Positions 1 through 10,927 are shown, numbered from the stretch's first letter. The stretch is DNA of 64,000 nt from Chlamydiales bacterium (GCA_965206695.1 CBDBKM010000010.1:515097-579096), one strand, 5' to 3'. Notes: generated from the letters alone by a model not told the origin. A program made the numbers and translations.

Positions 1-1135
1 TGTTTTCAAAAAGCAAGTAAAAACAGGTGATACAGAGCCCAAATTTAATGATGGATTGTACTTCCATAAGATTAAAATTAGGATCATTTAACTCTTTACT
101 GACAAAGCAGCTGATTAAAATTTCAGGAAAAATAATCATAATAACAGTTGTTGCCAAGAAAAATAATAGAACGAGGAAAATACCTGATCGAATGAGTTGG
201 AGTAGCCGATCAGTATACCCGGCGCCTATTAAGTTTCCTGCAATTGCTGTAATGGCTTTTTGCAAGCCCACACCATAAAAGAGAAAAAGAATCAGGATAC
301 TTTGGCAGATGCCTGATACTAGCATATGGTGTGGGCTGATGCTATCCATCATCTTATAAAAAAGCCACCAACTCAAAAGTTCTATAAATAGAATAATTGT
401 AGTTGGCAGAGCCGTACGAATAATTTTCTTTGTTAATTTAAAATCAAACTTTCTTTGTATTGTTTGAAAAGTATTTTCATTCTTTTTCTTTAAAAAAATA
501 AAAAGAAAGATAATAACCTCCAAAACGATTCCTAATCCGGTTGCAACAGCAGCTCCTTTGACGCCATAAGAAGGAATATATCCTTTGATGCCAAAGATAA
601 GGATAGGATCTACGATGATATTAAAAATATTACTTATTATCGCCACCATGGTGACAATTAATGTATGACCCCGGCCGATAAAAAAGGCAGTCATGGAGCC
701 GGCCATACCACATATCGGACCAAAAGCGATTAGCGTACAAAAATAGTCAGCTTGTAACATTCCTTCTTCCGTATTGGAAAACAGAAGGTCTCTAGAAAAA
801 TAGGCTAAAGGTAAAAAAATAAGACATGAGAATAAGGACACCCACAACATTTGCCAGACTATAGGACCTATTTTTTTGAAGTCCTTAGCTCCATTATGTC
901 TTGAGATAAAAATCTGAGACATCTCACATAAAGTATGGAGACCGGAAGTAAAAGCCCAAGCCATTGTGCTTGCTAAAACGGTACAATTGTGAGCTGGTAA
1001 GGAATATTTGGATAGGTACAAACGATCAACAAATGTCATCACCACAATTGCTAACCACGAAAGCATCAGAGGGTAAGACGTTATCCAAAGTTCACGGGTA
1101 TTACCGCTCTTATATTCAATAGCATGATCGTTCAT
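1..1135 (-). CDS. MATE family efflux transporter (partial, runs off window edge)
   Basis: Manual translation from ATG at 1135: MNDHAIEYKSGNTRELWITSYPLMLSWLAIVVMTFVDRLYLS..., a typical MATE N-terminus; later NIFNIIVDPILIFG motif. Not in the ORF track, presumably because its stop lies outside the window. Confidence 0.8.
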   Translation of the reverse strand, partial: MNDHAIEYKSGNTRELWITSYPLMLSWLAIVVMTFVDRLYLSKYSLPAHNCTVLASTMAWAFTSGLHTLCEMSQIFISRHNGAKDFKKIGPIVWQMLWVSLFSCLIFLPLAYFSRDLLFSNTEEGMLQADYFCTLIAFGPICGMAGSMTAFFIGRGHTLIVTMVAIISNIFNIIVDPILIFGIKGYIPSYGVKGAAVATGLGIVLEVIIFLFIFLKKKNENTFQTIQRKFDFKLTKKIIRTALPTTIILFIELLSWWLFYKMMDSISPHHMLVSGICQSILILFLFYGVGLQKAITAIAGNLIGAGYTDRLLQLIRSGIFLVLLFFLATTVIMIIFPEILISCFVSKELNDPNFNLMEVQSIIKFGLCITCFYLLFEN

Positions 1136-1376
1136 GCAAAACCTCAATTTTAAGGGTCTGAAAAAAACAATGAACAAATAGATATGCACTAAGTCAAACG
1201 AAGAGATTCGTCTAAGGTCAATAAATGTTCGTTTGTATACCAAGAATAACTTAAGTTAGTAGACTGCAAAGATTGTCATTATTTTAAAATAGGTTAAGTT
1301 GATTGAATATTGTTAATAGTAGAGTAAAATATTAGTTTATTACAATAGAAAATTTTTAATTTTTTTATGCAAGAGG

Positions 1377-2636
1377 TTAGTTGATATCCGGTTTTTCTTC
1401 GCCATTTTCATCTAAAGTGATGCGTTTGATCTTTTTTTTATCTATGGACCGAGGGTCCATTTCACAGGCAGTAGGTGAAGTATTTGGAAGCGGAATAAAA
1501 TAGTTTTGCATATCCATAGGGACACTTTTTCTACTAAAGCCGGTAATAAATCCTATTAGCCCTAAGGCCAATGCGATAATAGCCATAAAACCATATATGG
1601 AACTAGTGGAAATATAGGCAATAAAAAGAGAAGCGATTAAAGGTCCTACGACACAACCTATTCCATGTGCCAATAATAAAGCACCGCTAGCATATGTAAT
1701 ATCTTCTGTTTGAATCCGATCACAAACCTGAGCAATACTGATGAGATACATCGTAAAAGTTAAGCCTCCCGGTAGAAAAGATAAGATAAGAACGCTCAGC
1801 GAAAAAAAAGGGAACAACATGATAATAAGGGCCGGAATGACGGTAATAAAACTTAATAGAATTAAAATTCTTCTTCTGTCAAATATATCGGATAAGTAGC
1901 CGATAGGCCATTGAAGGATAAATCCACCGGCAATGGTAAGACTCATAATGGCAGGAATGGAAAGATTGTATTCTTGAGCATAATTTGGCGTAAAACTATA
2001 AAAAGTACTAACTATGATTCCGGATGCAATACAACCAAGAAATCTGAAAGGTGATATTTTAAAAAAATGAAAGACGTTTTTCGTAATAGGATCGGTTGGA
2101 TCGGGTACGCTGTTTTTTGTAATAGCTATAGGTATAATAGAAAAGGCACATAAGACTCCTGAAAGCATATAACCTGTATAAGAATAAAAATCGAAAGTGT
2201 TTAAGAAAAATTGACTTGAAGATTGAGCGGCATATAAGGCTATCATATAGATAGCGCGCATTCTTCCTCTTGTTTTTTTGAGTGCCGCTTGCTAAAAACC
2301 GGCTTTCTATGACTACATAGAGCCCGGCCATGCAAAATCCTGCAATGAATCGCATGATACCCCAACAGATGGGGGTTGATAAAAATACCTTGAAGCAAAA
2401 CGGTTGCGGTATTTAATATAGCGAATATGTCCCGTTCGGCGTATGAGACGCTCAATCCTTAAAGTACCGATCAACAAGCCGACGTAGTAAGCAGCTTGAA
2501 CAATACCAACCACAAATTCCGTATAATGATTGAGTTTCAAAAAAATGCTAATATATGAAACAAAAAAGGAAAAGCTTAGCATTAATAAAATAATAGCAAT
2601 AAAGGGAGCTATAATAGAGGCGTATTTTTTATGCAT
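1377..2636 (-). pseudogene. MFS transporter (YcaD-like), frameshifted
   Basis: Four overlapping ORFs (2313-2693, 2243-2455, 2059-2355, 1377-2261) join into one MFS: RLIRRTGHIR, RFIAGFCMAGLYVVIES, QWPIGYLSDIFDRR; three frameshifts. Confidence 0.8.
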
Positions 2637-2639
2637 TTG

Positions 2640-3081
2640 GGGATATATTAATTCTATGTTTATCTTTACGTTTAGGAGGTGAATAGGCGACAAGTAGATT
2701 GTGTGCGATAGAGATGATAGGCCCTGCTGCTAATCCTTGCAATACACGAGCGACTAATAAGAAAATAAAAGTGGGAGCAGCTCCGCAACAAAAGGAAAAG
2801 AAGATGAATGAAATCAAAGACGTTAAAAGAACTTTAACAGAACCAAAACGTTTTGTAAGCCAAGGGCTCATCAATAGAGTTACCGCATTGCCAAGAGTAA
2901 ATGTTGTGACTAACCATGTCCCTTGAAACGTATTAACTTCTAAACCACCGGAAATATAAGGAAGAGAAACAATCGTAATGGTAAAGTCTAAGGCGGGCAT
3001 GACAATACATAAAGCAAGATCGAGAGAGACAAAAATTAGCTTATGCCCGCAAAGGTAGTTATTTGTTCCGGATTCACTCAC
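2640..3081 (-). pseudogene. EmrB/QacA (DHA2) MFS efflux, N-terminal fragment only
   Basis: ALDFTITIVSLPYISGGL, WLVTTFTLG, WLTKRFG, ARVLQGLAAGPI motifs; truncated at about 145 aa. Confidence 0.8.
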
Positions 3082-3920
3082 GGTAAACCGGGGTGAGCTT
3101 TATTTGCATAGATAATGGATCTAATAATACTTAAGACACCCACTTCTTGATCTGCATATACATGCGTTTGATAAACAGGTTTAAGAATTTTAAGTTTGGT
3201 TAGCATCCCACCTGAAGTATCTCTGATATCGATAGTCACATTTAAAGAAAGCCCGACTCGAAGAGAATATTTTTTGAAAAATTCAGGTTCTAACGCTACT
3301 CGAACGGGTAGACGTTGAACGATCTTAATCCAATTATCTGTTGCATTTTGCGGAGGAAGGATTGAAAAGACACTACCCGTTCCGGCTCCTATGCCAACCA
3401 CTTTTCCATGAAAAATAACTTCACCGCCGTAAAAATCTGACCGAACCCTAACGGGTTGTCCTATTCTAACTTTAGATAACTGTGTTTCTTTATAGTTCGC
3501 ATCAATCCAAATTTCACTTAAAGGTACAACCGATAACAGGGGATCCTCAGGTGTTACCCATTCGCCTAATTAGACGGATCTTTGTGCGATATACCCATCT
3601 GTTGGAGCAATAATTTTACAACGTTTAAGATTTACCCAAGCCTCTTTTACTAATGATATGGACTTTTCAACAAGAGGATGCGTTTCTACAGTTGTATTGT
3701 AGACCATCTTTAGCTTTTTGAAGTTGAGCTAAGGTGACATCTAAAGTAGCTCCGGCAGATAAAAAACCTGTTTCTGAATGTTCGAAATCTTAGATGGAAA
3801 CACTGCCGGATTTTACAAGTGCTGTTCTATGTTCGTAATCGAGTTAGGTTTTGATGACCTCGGCTTTATTAACAACGATTTGTGCTTCTAATTCTACTAC
3901 GTCATCAAACATTTGAACAA
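3078..3920 (-). pseudogene. EmrA/HlyD-family efflux adaptor, disrupted
   Basis: FSILPPQNATDNWIKIVQRLPVRV signature; upstream IVAPTDGYIAQRSV* and WIDANYKETQL; in-frame TAA at 3570-3572; 5' part missing. Confidence 0.8.
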
Positions 3921-3921
3921 C

Positions 3922-4033
3922 TATACTCATCACGAATAAACCTCCGGATATTTTGTATTCGTATAGTGTAAATTATTTTGTATGAATTCATTTTTAACAC
4001 TATCAGAAGAAAAGCATCTCAGACAGCAACATA
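3922..4033 (+). mobile_element. IS630-like left end and transposase start (remnant)
   Basis: TATACTCATCACG end followed by ATG at 3982 (MNSFLTLSEEKHLRQQH), resembling IS630 transposase N-termini; cut off by the 68-bp element. Confidence 0.45.
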
Positions 4034-4099
4034 TACCCCTTATGAATCAAAGTGCCGATTCTAAGACTTGAAAATGATCATTGATTCATAAGGGGTATA
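4032..4099. mobile_element. 68-bp MITE-like element with perfect 19-bp terminal inverted repeats
   Basis: TATACCCCTTATGAATCAA (4032-4050) and TTGATTCATAAGGGGTATA (4081-4099) with a 30-bp spacer; TA at both ends. Confidence 0.7.
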
Positions 4100-4728
4100 G
4101 GACCTATTTTCATGTCAGCCAAAGTGCAGGTATAAGTGAAAGCAGTGCTTGTAAAAGTATAAAGTGGGTTGAAGGCACACTTAATTAAGCACCCTGATTT
4201 TGCTTTACCCGGTCGTAAAGCACTTTTAAAGAACAATTCGGCATATGAGCTTATTTTAATAGATGCTACGGAAACAGCCGTTGAAAGGCCAAAAAAAACA
4301 AAACTATTTCTACTCGGGGAAAAAGAAAAAGCATACCTTAAAGACTCAGGTTATAGTAGATAAAAAAACACGACAGATTATTTGTACTGCATTTTCTAAT
4401 GGTAGGAGACATGACTTTAGACTGTTTAAGGAATCAAAAATAAAAATTCATCAGGGGGATAAGCGTATTAACGGATACGGGATATCAAGGATTAAAAAAG
4501 CTTCATGCTAATACCAATATGCCAAAAAAGAAAAGTAAGAAGAAGGCTCTAACTAAAGAAGATAAGAAAAATAATAGACAATTATCAAGGGAACGTGTTC
4601 TGAATAAAAATGTGATAGGAGTGATCAAACGCTTTAAAATCATTTCCGGTCGTTATCAAAATAGACAAAAAAGATTAGCATTGCGATTCAATCTTATTGC
4701 GGGAATCTATAACTTGGAACTCATATGA
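4100..4728 (+). pseudogene. IS5-family (ISL2/IS1381-like) transposase remnant
   Basis: LIDATETAVERPKK, YSGKKKKHTLKTQV, GRRHDFRLFKES, PKKKSKKKALT...KRFKIISGRYQNR, split over three frames. Confidence 0.8.
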
Positions 4729-4963
4729 TGCATTTCAAAAGAAGTCTATTGTAAGGAGGATCTATATAGATGCACTTGATCTTATTGACATATTTATGTT
4801 CAAGAGCCTTTAATCCAAGCAGGTTATCAGCATGTAGTAATAAATTCTTGCTTGCTTGAGATGGGGCTCCAAACGTTTCCTTATTAATAAGAATTCGTGG
4901 TTCAGGTGATTCCCAAAGATCTTTTCCGTTCCATCTAAGCTCTAATCGATTTGTATTATCCAT
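4721..4963 (-). pseudogene. N6-adenine DNA methyltransferase (type III Mod-like), N-terminal fragment
   Basis: RLELRWNGK...NLLLHADNLLGLKAL...IKCIYIDPPYN; truncated just after DPPY at the IS5 remnant. Confidence 0.8.
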
Positions 4964-5400
4964 GCGTTCTCCTTAACAGCATTGATTGGAGGTAGTTTTA
5001 TAAGTGTTGTTAGTTAACAAAATTATTTAAAAATAAAATAGGTATGATAATATACTCTGTGTTTTATTTAAATTTAAGAGATTAATTTTATTAAAAATAA
5101 AATTTATTTTATAAAAATACTTGTGGTGTATGTTAGTGTGTTGAATGGATTTTGACATGGCATATCACTGATAGGTGATTACAGAACAATGCACGAGCAT
5201 TACTATTTAGCATTTTGAACCTTTTGGACCTTTGAATAGCCAAGTATGATGAAAGGGACTAAACAAAATTGTTATTTTAATAAATTAATAAGATTATTTT
5301 AATCTTCTATATTGTTTTTGATTTTATTCAATAGATTTATTGTTTTAATTGGGTTATCGCATTATCATAATTCGATACGAATTGAAGATCTGATTTCAGT

Positions 5401-5691
5401 ATGATTATTAATTTCGCTAATGCATGCGCTCAAGATATATTTGATGGAGAAAATTCTAAGGCATCTAGAAAATTGCCTAGAAATCTTCACAAAAAAGCTC
5501 AAATGAAGTTAGATATGATTAATGCTGCATATAAGTTAGATGATCTTCGCTCACCACCAGGCAATCGATTAGAGGTTTTGCATAGAAATTATAAGGACAA
5601 GCATAGTATTCGAATTAATAACCAATGGAGAATTATTTTTCGTTGGAATGATGAACAGGCAGAAGAAGTAGAAATTGTAGATTATCATTAG
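5401..5691 (+). CDS. higB: HigB (RelE-like) toxin
   Basis: DLRSPPGNRLEVL...HSIRINNQWRIIFRW...VEIVDYH signature; toxin lies upstream of the antitoxin. Confidence 0.92.
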   Translation: MIINFANACAQDIFDGENSKASRKLPRNLHKKAQMKLDMINAAYKLDDLRSPPGNRLEVLHRNYKDKHSIRINNQWRIIFRWNDEQAEEVEIVDYH

Positions 5692-5700
5692 GAAAAAAGT

Positions 5701-6003
5701 ATGTTACCTAAAAAAAGAAAACCTACACATCCCGGAGTTATTTTATTAGAGGAATATTTAGCACCTCTAGGTGTTTCTCAACGTCAGTTTGCTTTACATT
5801 TAGGTAAAGGGTGGACACCCCCGAAACTCAATGAAATAATCAATGGCAAACGAGGAATCTCAGTGGATTCAGCTTTAGATTTGGCTGCTGCCCTTAGAAC
5901 AACACCCGAATTCTGGCTAAATCTTCAAATCAATTATGAGCTTTGGGAAGCTATGAGACGTCGCCCAAGAAGACGTATTGAACCTATAGAAATGGTTATT
6001 TAG
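5701..6003 (+). CDS. higA: HigA antitoxin (Xre HTH)
   Basis: PTHPGVILLEEYL...LNEIINGKRGIS...TTPEFWLNLQINYEL. Confidence 0.92.
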   Translation: MLPKKRKPTHPGVILLEEYLAPLGVSQRQFALHLGKGWTPPKLNEIINGKRGISVDSALDLAAALRTTPEFWLNLQINYELWEAMRRRPRRRIEPIEMVI

Positions 6004-6110
6004 TTCTTTTATTATCAATTTTAAAATTTTAATTAATAAATAAACTATTTGATTTAATAAAAGTATATATGTGAAAATATGCGTTTAATTAAAATTATCG
6101 CTTATTTTCG

Positions 6111-7109
6111 ATGACAATAATTTCTAACAATCCAACCTTCTTATTTAATCGAACGCCCACAACTCTTGAAGAAGCAGAGCAATATGTTCATGATCTTGAA
6201 TTGATGATTGAACAGAATCCGGGTGATGAAGAACTCGTAACAAATATCACCACCCATCTTCTTGATTTAAGTCACAAAGGTGCTGAGGGCTCTACAGATA
6301 CCAATTTATTAAATCGCAATATCAAAGTCTTAACCGACGAATTAAATGCAACTGAAGAGATAACGATAGAAGAAGAGATTACTATCGAAGAGACGATAAC
6401 AGAGTCTCAACCTGAACCTAAAGAGTCTAAAGGTTTTTTCAAAATAGTTGCTCGTAAGACAAAAGAGATTTATAACAAAACCGTTGATGTCATTGTTAAA
6501 ACAAGAAAACGTGTTGTTAAAAGCGTCAAAAAGGTCTTAAAAAAAAACGCTAAACAAACAAAAGAACTTACCAAAAAGGTAGGTCAGTTTTGTAAGGAGC
6601 ATAAGAAAGAAATTATTATTGGTGTTGCTATAGTTGCATCTATTGCAGTAGCAGCTGTTGCAACAGTGGCTATAGCATTAACAACTGTCGCTCAAGCATC
6701 AGGAGTAGGAGCTGCTATCGGTGGGCTTGGAGGAACATTAGCAGGGGATATCACTAATAAGTATACTCCTGGTATTGATGATAAAGAAGCTTCATTAGCT
6801 CCTGTAAAGAGTAGTTCTTCTTTAGACTCAGTGAAAATAGATAAGCCTTTTGATAAAGATTTTATAGGTCCTTCATTACAAAGTTCATTTGGTAATCCGG
6901 TAATATCCACTCAAGAAAATGTATTACCCGTATCGACGACTAGTAACCTAGATAGGTCTCAGAACCCTTTTAAAGATTCCACGCTTTCTGAACCATTATC
7001 GATGCACGAGTTTAACAAGCGTTTAGAGAGCGTGGAAACTAATCATAAGAAGTTAATTGAAAATCCATCGATATCTGATTCCAATTTATCTCTACATGAA
7101 AATCTTTAG
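6111..7109 (+). CDS. Hypothetical protein with long hydrophobic segment (Inc/effector-like), probably truncated by nonsense mutation
   Basis: 332-aa ORF with a ~45-aa Ala/Val/Gly hydrophobic stretch after acidic and Lys-rich regions; the frame continues past the TAG. Confidence 0.55.
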   Translation: MTIISNNPTFLFNRTPTTLEEAEQYVHDLELMIEQNPGDEELVTNITTHLLDLSHKGAEGSTDTNLLNRNIKVLTDELNATEEITIEEEITIEETITESQPEPKESKGFFKIVARKTKEIYNKTVDVIVKTRKRVVKSVKKVLKKNAKQTKELTKKVGQFCKEHKKEIIIGVAIVASIAVAAVATVAIALTTVAQASGVGAAIGGLGGTLAGDITNKYTPGIDDKEASLAPVKSSSSLDSVKIDKPFDKDFIGPSLQSSFGNPVISTQENVLPVSTTSNLDRSQNPFKDSTLSEPLSMHEFNKRLESVETNHKKLIENPSISDSNLSLHENL

Positions 7110-7374
7110 GATAAAAGACCAACTGAACTGCAACGAGTATTTACTGATTGCTCAACCTATCCTCAACCTATTAATGAAGCGGATGAAAGGATGCAAGTGC
7201 TCAATATTGTAAAAAAGTTTAACTCGGAAGAAAATTTTCGGAATCATTCAGGTGATTGACATGCTCAAAATGCTCACGATATTCTTGGAAAAGAAAGGAC
7301 AAGAGAAAATTTCCTTATGTCTAAGATTTATGGGGTAGGAGATAAAGAATTGAAAAATGGTAAGATCATTATCC

Positions 7375-7535
7375 TGGAACTCTTCTTTAGATTCCTCTTC
7401 CAATAGTAGATTTTTACTGAAGATACCATGTTTGACAGCATTTTGAGCCACTATAGCTTTACCTTTAGAAGTTATTGCTCCTGAAGATTTTTTGGAATTC
7501 CGTCTATTAGCTTTTATTTTTTTTATAGATGTCAT
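7375..7535 (-). pseudogene. Fragment of conserved mobile-element-associated hypothetical protein
   Basis: MTSIKKIKANRRNSKKSSGAITSKGKAIVAQNAVKHGIFS resembles the widespread ANRRNAxxSTGPxTxxGKxxxxxNAxKHG N-terminus; truncated. Confidence 0.55.
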
Positions 7536-7561
7536 AATTTTTTTCTCCTGATTGATATTTT

Positions 7562-7783
7562 TTAGCGTTACATACGTTACATACGTTACATACGTTACAA
7601 CACCTATCTCAATGAAACAGTTAAATAAATACATCTGTTATCAATCGCTTTTACTGTATGAGAAAGCATATAGGGGGCTTACAGCTGTTATTTTCAAATA
7701 TTGTTGCTGTTACCTGCCTGAAATATTGATTCAGAAGTTTGAGACTTGTAACGCTGTAACGCTTGTAACGTATGTAACGCTAA
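7562..7783. repeat. Inverted iteron clusters (CGTTACA x4 / TGTAACG x4), putative satellite-type replication origin
   Basis: CGTTACATA tandem repeats at 7566-7599; TGTAACG at 7747, 7755, 7764 and 7773; perfect 20-bp inverted repeat TTAGCGTTACATACGTTACA (7562-7581 / 7764-7783). Confidence 0.7.
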
Positions 7784-7811
7784 TATTTTATAACTCCTCG
7801 CTAAAAATCTC

Positions 7812-8018
7812 TTAAACATTTAAGCAGTAGAATCTAGATGGGTTGCCGTTATTAAAATTACTGATTCTAACAGGTCGCGTGGCAGTACCTTGAGAATCTT
7901 TGATTAACCAAGACCTTTTATCTAATACCTTAATAACAAAGGCAAGAGTACTACAGCATAACTCATTTTTAAAGATCTCTTGGAAAATACAATAAGCTTC
8001 TTGTCCATCAATATATTT
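7812..8018 (-). pseudogene. C-terminal fragment of DUF927/Cch-like primase-helicase
   Basis: YCIFQEIFKNELC...VIKVLDKRSWLIKDSQG...RFYCL resembles the C-terminal winged-helix of DUF927 helicases; 5' part removed at the IS30. Confidence 0.55.
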
Positions 8019-9117
8019 CGCCCTTTCAACATCGAAGTGCAACACTCGCTGCTTCCTTACTGAGACGGTTAAACACCTCCTCCGATGTTGAAAAGTTTAA
8101 CACTTTTCGGGGTCTATTGTTAAGCAAGTTCTCAATCTTTTTTAAATTACCTGCTGAGACTTCATCAAACCGTTTATTTTTAGGGAGATATTGTCGAACG
8201 AGTCCATTCGTATGCTCGTTCAGCCCTCTTTCCCACGAATGATAGGGGGTAGCAAAGTAAAAACTTGTCTCAAGTAATTGGCTCACTTGTTTATGGTAAG
8301 TAAATTCTTTCCCGTTGTCAGCAGTTAATGTCATGACAAATTTTTGGACCGGTCTTAACCTGTTTACTAGCGCATCCTTTACTTCCTCAGCGGTTTTACG
8401 CGAGACTTTTTCCGGTTTTGTTAGCTTTGAGACTCTTTCGACCATTGAGACAATGACTCCGCTCCCTTCTGTTCCTATGATTGTATCCAGTTCCCAATCG
8501 CCTAAACGAGTTTTCTTCTCTACGATATCAGGCCTTTCAGAAATATCTGTCCGTCCGGGAATACATCCTCGTCCGGCCCTATTTTTACCTCGCTTGTTAT
8601 ATTTCTTCCCACTATGTCTAAGGTGTTTATACAACAAGCCTCCTCTTTTTTTGTCCTCCCAAACATAGTTATAGATTGTCTCATGGCTTACAGCTTCTTG
8701 ATACCCTTTCTTCTTCAGCCATCCCGATATTTGATCGGGGCTCCACTGCACGCTTAACTTCTCTTCGATAATGGCAATCATTACACTGCTCATCTTTCGT
8801 TGTTGAGTTTTTGAGCCTCGTCTCTTTAAAGCCTTCTCTTGAGCCTGTTGATACCGATATCCACGCTTTCCACAATTTCGTTTTAGCTCGCGATAAACAG
8901 TCGATCGATTTACGTTTAACTCATTGGAAATTAAGGTGATAGGATCTCCTCTTCTTATTAAGGTATACAATTGGCATCTCTTGTCTTTGTTTAAGTGACG
9001 GTAGCCGTTTGGCATCTTTCCTCCTTGGTTTTCTTACGTTTACCATAGGAGATTTTTTACCACCTTCAGACAAGTTTAATTTGTAGCGGTTTGTTGCACT
9101 TCGATGTTGAAAGGGCG
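8019..9117 (-). mobile_element. IS30-family element, copy 1 (transposase 8026-9015)
   Basis: TIR CGCCCTTTCAACATCGAAGTGCAACA at both ends; 329-aa transposase with GDWELDT, TADNGKEF, ERGLNEHTNGLVRQYLPK; no matching target duplication. Confidence 0.95.
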
Positions 9118-9452
9118 CTATAACTTGGATAAAAAGCAAAATCGATCTGTCAATATAAAATTTTTATTTAATCAATTTCTACATATTTATATTTTTTCGA
9201 CGTGTGTTGATAAACTAGATTGCATTGAGGATATTCTATTTAGTTCAGATAAGGATAAAGACAAATGTCTTTACAAGATTAGTATAGAAAAACTGATGGA
9301 AATTGTAAGTTATATCGTACATTCAGATGTATATAAAAGATCATGGAAAAGAGATCCAGAAGCGAAACATGTCTTTCAAATCAAACAAAAATATGTTTTT
9401 GATTCATCTGTTAAGTCTTTAGGGTTATTGATAGCGATATTGTTTAAGAAAA

Positions 9453-9815
9453 TTATTTTATCCCAAAAATAACACCTTTTTCATTTTCTAGTTTTACCCA
9501 AAGTGAATGTCCCTCAGAGAGTGTAATTTCATAATTCCATGGTTTAGAGTAATTTACTTTTTTGGAATATATCCATTTGGGCAACATAGGGAAATCACTA
9601 GCCAAATTACTGAGTTTTTCTTCTGGAACAGTATCAGGACCAAAACATAAACCTTTGTCAGAAAGAACTAAGTAATTCTTATCAACAGTTTTAAGTATAA
9701 TCAATCCTCTCTGGATATTTCCCAATCGATAGATACCTATAATTTTTATCTTTTTTGGTAGTTGTTTAGAACGATTAGTACATTGTGTTTCGTTTTCTTT
9801 TAATAAGTCAGACAT
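9453..9815 (-). CDS. Hypothetical protein
   Basis: 120-aa ORF with GGAG upstream; no recognisable motif. Confidence 0.4.
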   Translation of the reverse strand: MSDLLKENETQCTNRSKQLPKKIKIIGIYRLGNIQRGLIILKTVDKNYLVLSDKGLCFGPDTVPEEKLSNLASDFPMLPKWIYSKKVNYSKPWNYEITLSEGHSLWVKLENEKGVIFGIK

Positions 9816-9869
9816 CTCCTGATCTACAAGAGCCTTTACTTGAGTCTCATTAATCCCCCTGTTCTTCCA

Positions 9870-10310
9870 TCATTTTAATTGATGTTGACCAATAGTATTC
9901 TGTAACTCGTTAAATTCTTTTGTGATCTTATTTAAGACAGTCTTCATTTTTTTTCTTTGATCATTCTTACAAAATGCAACGGCATTATCTTTAAAAAATG
10001 CATGAACTATCCAATTTCTGTCTTTTAATGCGTTGTTAAGCGGGGGCAGTAATTGATGAGAAGGATCCTGTTCTCTAAAATAAGTGATTAGTTGTCCAAG
10101 AGTTGATTTTTCATGTGCCTGTAAGTCAAAATCAAATCCCCATACATGTCTTAAAGGAGGAGGCGTACCGTAAGCATTTGTAAGAAAAGAAGCAAGCGCC
10201 ATCTCCAGAATTTGAGCGTAATACATACAGAGTCCGAAACAAGTAAAAATTTCTTTTATATCTTCATCTGAATCTTCATCTAAGCATAATTTTTTATCGT
10301 ATTTTAACAT
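9870..10310 (-). CDS. Hypothetical protein
   Basis: 146-aa ORF; the FGLCMYYAQILE...TLGQLI...ALKDRNWIVHAFF pattern includes an RxxxxH motif (RNWIVH), possibly HEPN-like. Confidence 0.55.
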   Translation of the reverse strand: MLKYDKKLCLDEDSDEDIKEIFTCFGLCMYYAQILEMALASFLTNAYGTPPPLRHVWGFDFDLQAHEKSTLGQLITYFREQDPSHQLLPPLNNALKDRNWIVHAFFKDNAVAFCKNDQRKKMKTVLNKITKEFNELQNTIGQHQLK

Positions 10311-10479
10311 TTAGTTACAATCCTTTTGAGTTTGCCAAAAAATTTAAGTTATCACACAATTGATTCCAATCAAAAGTTCTGAAAGCGTCCAATCGCCCCC
10401 ATTTTTTCTCCTAAAATTCATTAAAAATCACTCTAAAAATAGCCTTTCAGCTTTTTAGAAAAATAGTCACTTAGATTTC

Positions 10480-10850
10480 AACAGTCCCGGTTTGTTAGCT
10501 TTACGACTTGAGGATATGACAATCAGGTCAAAAGAATACTCTACGATTGGAGGAAGTGAGGTCATTGACTTTTTAAAAGGATTAGAGAAGCATGCACAGA
10601 CTTCAAAACCAGATGTTATTTTAGATAACGGAAGAGCAAATAAAAACAAACTGATTCAAGACTATTTAAAGACTTCACGTATAGAGCTTGTCTATTTACC
10701 CCCAATATTCTCTAAATTTAGATGCAATAGATAAGGCTTTGGAAGATGATGAGGGAAACGGTTACTTATAATACATTTTGCGATACATTGATTGATTTTA
10801 AATGAGAGGTAAGGGGCTTTTTTAAAGACAAAAGCCCGATGTTAAGAGAC
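10480..10850 (+). pseudogene. Degenerate IS630-family transposase C-terminal fragment
   Basis: VILDNGRAN, LVYLPP and a frameshifted continuation (RLWKMMRE). Confidence 0.65.
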
Positions 10851-10927
10851 AAGAATCAAAAAAACAAATAGACGCTTTTATCCCAATGCGAGAGCAAAGG
10901 GTTTTCTTGCTTAATTGTCATAAAATT

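Noticed and set aside
4721..4963. Active type III restriction-modification system
   Set aside because: Mod is truncated after DPPY and there is no res gene.
7248..7815. ORFs containing VTYVTYVTY
   Set aside because: Translations of the 9-bp iteron repeats; only the MTSIKK... segment looks genuinely coding.
8921..9472. ORFs 8921-9139 and 9104-9472 (and 22979-23200)
   Set aside because: They start in or cross IS30 ends; chimeric, with no protein-family signal.
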